A DNA stretch of 64,000 nucleotides from Macrostomum hystrix (lineage: Eukaryota; Animalia; Platyhelminthes), in NCBI GenBank assembly GCA_950097015.1, contig CATNEN010000037.1:62001-126000 (forward strand), given 5' to 3'. The first letter of the stretch is position 1, and each line of letters starts with the position of its first letter. The notes under the pieces were generated by a model that had not been told where the DNA came from, did not search any database, and saw nothing but the letters and a program-made list of their open reading frames with translations. Both the position numbers and the translations under genes were made by a program. Positions 59,101 to 64,000 of the stretch are shown in pieces.

Positions 59101-62100
59101 AGCTCCTCTGTTAGTACCTTCTGGTGCTCAACTGAGAATACTCGACCTAGTACAACCAGCCAGGAGCGATCTCTTCGCGTGCCTTCGTCAAGCAGGATTG
59201 AGAACGGCGCAGTTCTCAACTCCTCGGTCATCGATTTTTTCGCATAAGGTCCTAATGCCTCGCATATGATGTACGCTGTTTTTGTTCTGCAGCAGGAGTA
59301 ATCCTCAGCAATTTTGCTGTCTGAGAACGCAACAGGAAGTACCTTGGCCAGCTCATCCATGAAGCGAAAGGAAACATCCTTCTTGACGATTGTAGTGCAC
59401 AACCGAAGGCATGCCTCCATCTGCTGATCAGAAGCTTTGTCGCGTCTTGACTCGCCAGCATAAGCAAAAAAAGATGTGATTGACTGTTGCTGGTTGCTCT
59501 TGCCCATTGGGTTTTGCAGATGACCGGCGGCAGCCTTGTGCTTCGCCCCATCAGCATGCTGGCGCAATGTACTTATTCCGTGCAACGAAACTACCACGGT
59601 CTTCTGGCAAACGTTGCAGTAACCTTCGTCCAGCTTTTTCACTTGGGCGTCACAGTTTTGTAGGCACCATTGGCCAATTTCTAGACCATTTCAGTCTTTT
59701 TCTCTTAGCCAAGATTCAGAAAACTTAGTTTTACGTTGATAATCCGAAGCAATACTCATTGATTGGCTGAAATTTGAATCAGATGGCATTAGAAGTTGGA
59801 ACTGCCAACAAAAGACCATGGTATACACGCAGACTTAACATAAACTGAATGTAAATTATTGAAAAGAATGTTGATGATATGTTCAAATTGTCCAAAAAGT
59901 GTTTTTGAGCAGATAGTGACATTTATTAGTATATTTCAAAAATAGTGCAGGTGTCGTCACACTGGTGGCTGGCAAACATCTAGAGATAGGTGTCATTAGC
60001 CGTCCTATCGGGATCATCTTTAAGATTTTCTCAACTTTATTCAGAATCCAGAATTTTTTTAAAAGTCTTGAATATTTCACAAACCAATAATAACGATAGT
60101 ATTTACAGAAGGGCTGTAGGAAATGATGGCATTCACATAATTTAGTGACAGTTGACCCGCTGCCAGCGAGGAAGCAATTCTGCCCCATTCCACTGACTCC
60201 TGAGCATCCATACTTTACGCAGGCACTCGCTCACACAGGTGTGTACATCTGCTCTCATCGTCAGGCAGTGTACACTCTCACTTTGCTTTGGAGGTTGGCC
60301 CTCAAGGTCGTAAAATTTCACGACAAGCCCCCAAGCCTTCTCTCCGAGGCTGCGCCCCAAGTGAATGCGGCCTCACCGTGGAATCGAGCTTAAGGACCTT
60401 GGTCCGAGATGCACACGCGTTAGGTTTATAATTGATCGTCTGTGAATATAATTGTTGTTTGTTTAAGAGCAATGCAAATTTGAGATAAGTTTTCATCGTT
60501 ATCTTAGATCGGTATTTTTTATACTGGACTTGCAGTACGCAGAAAATTTATTATATTTTTAAGGATACATGATTTTACGATGGTTGGCAGCTAGGCAATA
60601 TAATCCAGTTCTTGTTGAATTTACCGGCTAGGAAATATTCAGATGGACAATAATCGTTATCTTTCCTCTAGTGCATTTTCATCCTTTTTTATTTCGTGAC
60701 CTTGGTCGGCTAGTAATAAACATGCAGTCTAACAATCTGCTTCTATTTACAAGCTGCCAGCGTTTATAAAGCAATAAAATAGGAATGGAAAATGAATAAA
60801 ACACTTGCATAGGTGGTTGCTGATTTAAACAACTCTTGTTTGACTAGGCATCTGTCCAAGGCAAGGCACATTGTGAAAGAATTTACGCAATGAAGCTAAT
60901 CGCTGTTTTAACAATGAGCCTGTTGTTGACATATGCGTCAGGCTGCGGCAGACGTTGGTGCAAGTACAGACCGCTTTTGAGGCCTTGTTTAAACGACAGC
61001 CTGTCGTCAACTCGATGGTACTCGCCTAGCTTGCAAAGCTGCGCGTTGAAAGTCAAGACCAGCTGGCCAGAGGATCCAGTGTTACAGTGGAACAGTGGTA
61101 CAGGTGTTTGCTCAATATTTCACTACCAGCAGGTTTGTCGTTTGATCCGAGCGACAGTCGAGGCCGTCACTAGTAGCTGTATGATCTATCGAGCCAGTGC
61201 ATTGGCTAGTTGCGGCGCATTGATGATGCTGGACACTCAATTCCTTGGTGTCTGGTTGGCTGGTGGCAGCTGGCAGTTCAGCAATTTGATTTGCCAAGAT
61301 CTGGATAGCGATTATCGTATGCAGGCTGTTAACTTGCAGTGGACTGGTGAGGGCGCCTTATTTGACGGAGTCTCGTCTTATGCGCTAATTAACGACAGTC
61401 GCTTAGTTTCCAACGCTACTGCATCGCATTTCACTTGGCTAATGCGACTCAAGAGGGAGCCCAGAATTCAGCCATTCTTGGAAGCCGTTTCGTGCTCAGA
61501 TTTTACGGCATTTTTTCCGCATCTCTGGGAATTCGACACACCCGGCCGGCTGGACTTTAGTAAGCGCGGGCCGGCGTCCGAAGAGGCTAATTACGTCATA
61601 CTTTCCAACCAAAGTCTCTTGCCGGTTGATAATAACGCTTGGTTAAATATTGGAGTTACTGTCGGCCCAACCGTGGCGGCCACGCATTTCTTTGCTAACG
61701 GCGCCTTACATTCTGCTGGCGAAATCTTTATAGAAGTCAGCCGAGTTTATCCGTGCCTGGTGATGTCCGTTGGTCGCAGGTTCGCTGGCCAAGGCATCTC
61801 ATTGAAGGGTGTTGTTAGGGCTGTTGCCATTGCCAACGAGTCCATGTCGGAGCAGCAGATTCGAGACTTCTTTAACGCTTTGCCTTGAAAATCTGAATTT
61901 AGTAGTTTTTTCTCACTCGGTTTTATTTCGTCTTTGCCCATGCATTCTAAACATTCTACGCGCTAACAAAACACAGATCTTGGCTCGCGGATCTAAAAAA
62001 AGCGAACAACTCCGACGTCAGCTGATGTCGGCTGGCTGTGCGGCTGCCGACGAATCATTAATAAGTTCGACCGCGTCAACAACTGACCCTGCAGGCTTAG

Positions 62101-63566
62101 ACAAAGCTCTCGCAATCAAGCAGAAACTGCTAGAGTACGATCGCAATAGCGCTCGTCGCACTAAAGTCATCGACGACCAGATGGACTATTTTGAAACTGA
62201 TGCCGTCTGGCTTTCAGACGCCGAGCGGTCTAAACTGCGCCAACGCGAAAATGCCCTCCATCAGCAGAGACACAAGTCTCGACTGGAGCGTCGGCCAGTG
62301 TACGACTTTGCCGGCCGACGCCTCGTGGAGGACTCTGATCCAGCAGCTATGGGACACATCGACCCGGAGCAGGACGCTGTGCTGCGCGAGATTGCCGAGG
62401 CTAGAACTAGGGCTGGTGAGTACACTACTACTAGTAGTTTTATTGCTACAGCCTTTGTGGCGCTCCATTGCACTATTATTTAGCTAAATGTTGATTTTCT
62501 GTAGGATGTCTAAAGCAGATTTCTGTAGATATCTGTGGGATTCTGTAAATTTCTGTAAATTTCTGTAGATATCTGTGGGATTCTGTAAATTTCTGTAGAT
62601 ATCTGTGGGATTCTGTAAATTTCTTTAGATGCCAGTGATAATCAGTGTATTTCTGTAATGTTTGTATTATTCTGTAAATTTTTGTAGATGTCTGTAGCAT
62701 TTTAATCTTCTAAGGATTATGTTGTCAATGTTTGTATGTTCTGTAGGGTTCTGTAAAATTCTGTAAACGTCTGTCGGTCGCTTCGCTCTACAATTCTGAA
62801 GGTATTCAGTAGATTGTAGGAATTCTTATATCTCTATAAGTTGTGTCTCTAAAATGCCTTTAGAGTTTTAGTAGAAGTAATTTTCTAAGTTTTATAGTAA
62901 ACTAATCTGTGGGATAAGTTTTTTTGCTTGCGTTGAAATTTGTAAAAATAAAATTACAAAAAGTAGCTAATAACCGAAAAGCTTATATTTCTACTGCCAG
63001 TAGCTTATATAGCATTTTCTTAATTCAACCACCCAGCTCAAGGCCATCGGGCAGCCGCAGGCGCCGCCGATGATGCTGCCGCCGCCGCCGGTCCGAACTG
63101 GTCTAGCGAAGATTTCCCGTTGGCCAATCCGGCCGTCTCCTGTCGGCCCGAGTTTGTCGCCGACGTTAAGAAAGACGGCCGGGACAAGCAACGGGAGCCT
63201 GGTGTTGTCAAGCAAACCGCGCCAGATTCCAAGCGGGCTGCCCTGCGCCTCCAGGATGGCGATCTGCGCGAACTGCGCGACGACGGCCTCTGCCTGAGCA
63301 TGCACCAGCCGTGGGCCTCCCTCCTAGTCCTGGGCATCAAGCTGCACGAAGGTCGCAGTTGGTATTCAGCGCACCGGGGCCGGCTCTGGATCGCCGCCAC
63401 CGCCAGGCGACCCAACGACGATGAGGTGGCAGCCGTGTTGGCCGACAGTCGGCTGAGAATGCCGGAGGCTAACTTTCCGTCCGCATTTCCAACCGGCTGC
63501 CTGCTTGGCTGCGTTCACGTCGACGAGGTGCTGCCACAGGACGAGTATAGGGAGCGATTTCCGCAG
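56196..63566 (+). CDS. TRIP4: Activating signal cointegrator 1 (TRIP4/ASC-1); exons 56196-56735, 61977-62415, 63037-63566; last exon(s) beyond the window
   Basis: zf-C2HC5 motif GRHHCDCVATKHSLVNNCMSCGRIVCQQEGSGPCMFCG; KLLEYDRNSARRTKVIDDQMDYF; ASCH domain CLSMHQPWASLLVLGIKLHEGRSWYSAHRGRLWIAAT..PTGCLLGCV. Phases 0, 1, 0 consistent. Confidence 0.95.
56942..59964 (-). mobile_element. Full-length hAT DNA transposon (3023 bp) in TRIP4 intron 1
   Basis: TIRs CAGTGTGACCAC / GTCGTCACACTG (11 of 12 match); perfect 8-bp TSD GTGGCTGG at 56934-56941 and 59965-59972; internal transposase. Confidence 0.93.
57440..59789 (-). pseudogene. hAT transposase with two introns, disrupted
   Basis: N-terminal zinc finger (YCNVCQK..RQHADGAKH), SILLDE, IMTDNCNAMRG, CSLHHIHN, VETRWL, C-terminal dimerisation motif SLPHGNADSERV. 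In-frame TGA at 59691-59693; frame switches at homopolymers near 58836-58839 (G run) and 58116-58122 (T run). Introns after MRG and after SFQE. Confidence 0.85.
60890..61888 (+). CDS. Intronless secreted protein (332 aa): signal peptide, PAN/apple-like Cys segment, LamG/concanavalin-A-like domain; nested in TRIP4 intron 1 on the same strand
   Basis: 999-nt non-repetitive ORF in AT-rich intron; MKLIAVLTMSLLLTYASG signal; SLQSCA..WNSGTGVCSIF; LamG_3-like motifs FDGVSSYALI, FTWLMRLK, WLNIGVT, HFFANG, VGRR..LKGVVRAVAIANESMSEQQI. Domain names are by eye. Confidence 0.8.
   Translation: MKLIAVLTMSLLLTYASGCGRRWCKYRPLLRPCLNDSLSSTRWYSPSLQSCALKVKTSWPEDPVLQWNSGTGVCSIFHYQQVCRLIRATVEAVTSSCMIYRASALASCGALMMLDTQFLGVWLAGGSWQFSNLICQDLDSDYRMQAVNLQWTGEGALFDGVSSYALINDSRLVSNATASHFTWLMRLKREPRIQPFLEAVSCSDFTAFFPHLWEFDTPGRLDFSKRGPASEEANYVILSNQSLLPVDNNAWLNIGVTVGPTVAATHFFANGALHSAGEIFIEVSRVYPCLVMSVGRRFAGQGISLKGVVRAVAIANESMSEQQIRDFFNALP
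62495..62625. repeat. Short degenerate tandem repeat (TTCTGTAGATATCTGTGGGATTCTGTAAAT) in TRIP4 intron 2
   Basis: Three to four visible units. Confidence 0.8.
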
Positions 63567-63804
63567 GTAGAACTGTGTTCGAATTCTTTTTCAATTCTAA
63601 CCTGTCAAAATTGGTATACTTCTCACTTTTTACTTTATCCCTGTTCTTTCTATTACGAATTTCCCTCCTGTTGAAATTTCATTCCATAAATCAACAATTT
63701 ATCAGTTTCTTTAAATCTCCTAATTCTCATATTATATTCTATCACACGCTCCAATTATCTCTCTTTTCTCCTGTTTCATAAATCTCCTCTTTCTCACCTT
63801 CTAA

Positions 63805-64000
63805 ATATCTCCCATTGCTCACATTCCATAAATCTCTCATTGCTCACATTCCATAAATCTCCCATTGCTCAAATACCATAAATCTCCCATTGCTCACATT
63901 CCATAAATCTCTCATTGCTCACATTCCATAAATCTCCCATTGCTCAAATACCATAAATCTCCCATTGCTCACATTCCATAAATCTCTCATTGCTCACATT
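63805..64000. repeat. 25-bp minisatellite (CTCCCATTGCTCACATTCCATAAAT) in TRIP4 intron 3, runs off the window
   Basis: Period 25 read directly. Confidence 0.95.

Noticed and set aside
60142-60496. Short ORFs on both strands between the transposon and the nested gene
   Set aside because: No recognisable motif, no consistent splice signals; probably a repeat fragment.

Overview
Eukaryotic (metazoan) genomic DNA with spliceosomal introns. The style (CAG-run-rich exons, introns filled with minisatellites, unpaired acceptors upstream of ATGs) suggests a lophotrochozoan such as a free-living flatworm; that is inference only. Layout: (1) 1-22.6 kb, minus strand: a giant Fat-like cadherin (gene A, at least 28 EC repeats, running off the left edge) plus a tandem paralogue (gene B). 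B shares EC1-8 as a patchwork of near-identical and diverged tracts, then ends in a Ser/Thr linker, a re-duplicated EC6 and a GPI-signal-like tail. In this sequence B carries three ORF lesions. (2) 27-34.6 kb, plus strand: a 7-exon signal peptide-C-type lectin-sushi x4-TM receptor. It lies between a separate signal-peptide exon and three downstream exons that together encode a small 6-Cys secreted protein (same-strand nesting or combinatorial phase-1 splicing). (3) 35.5-52.8 kb, minus strand: an SVBP-motif gene and a C2CD2/C2CD2L (TMEM24)-like TM-SMP-C2 gene, with nearly every intron filled by its own tandem repeat, plus two copies of a minisatellite-carrying hAT MITE with 8-bp TSDs. (4) 56.2-64 kb, plus strand: TRIP4/ASC-1. 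Its first intron holds a complete 3.0-kb hAT transposon and an intronless same-strand gene for a secreted PAN-like + LamG/ConA-like protein. No CRISPR, rRNA or intact tRNA seen. All gene models were assembled by eye from splice signals and phase arithmetic; none is confirmed by database search or RNA data.
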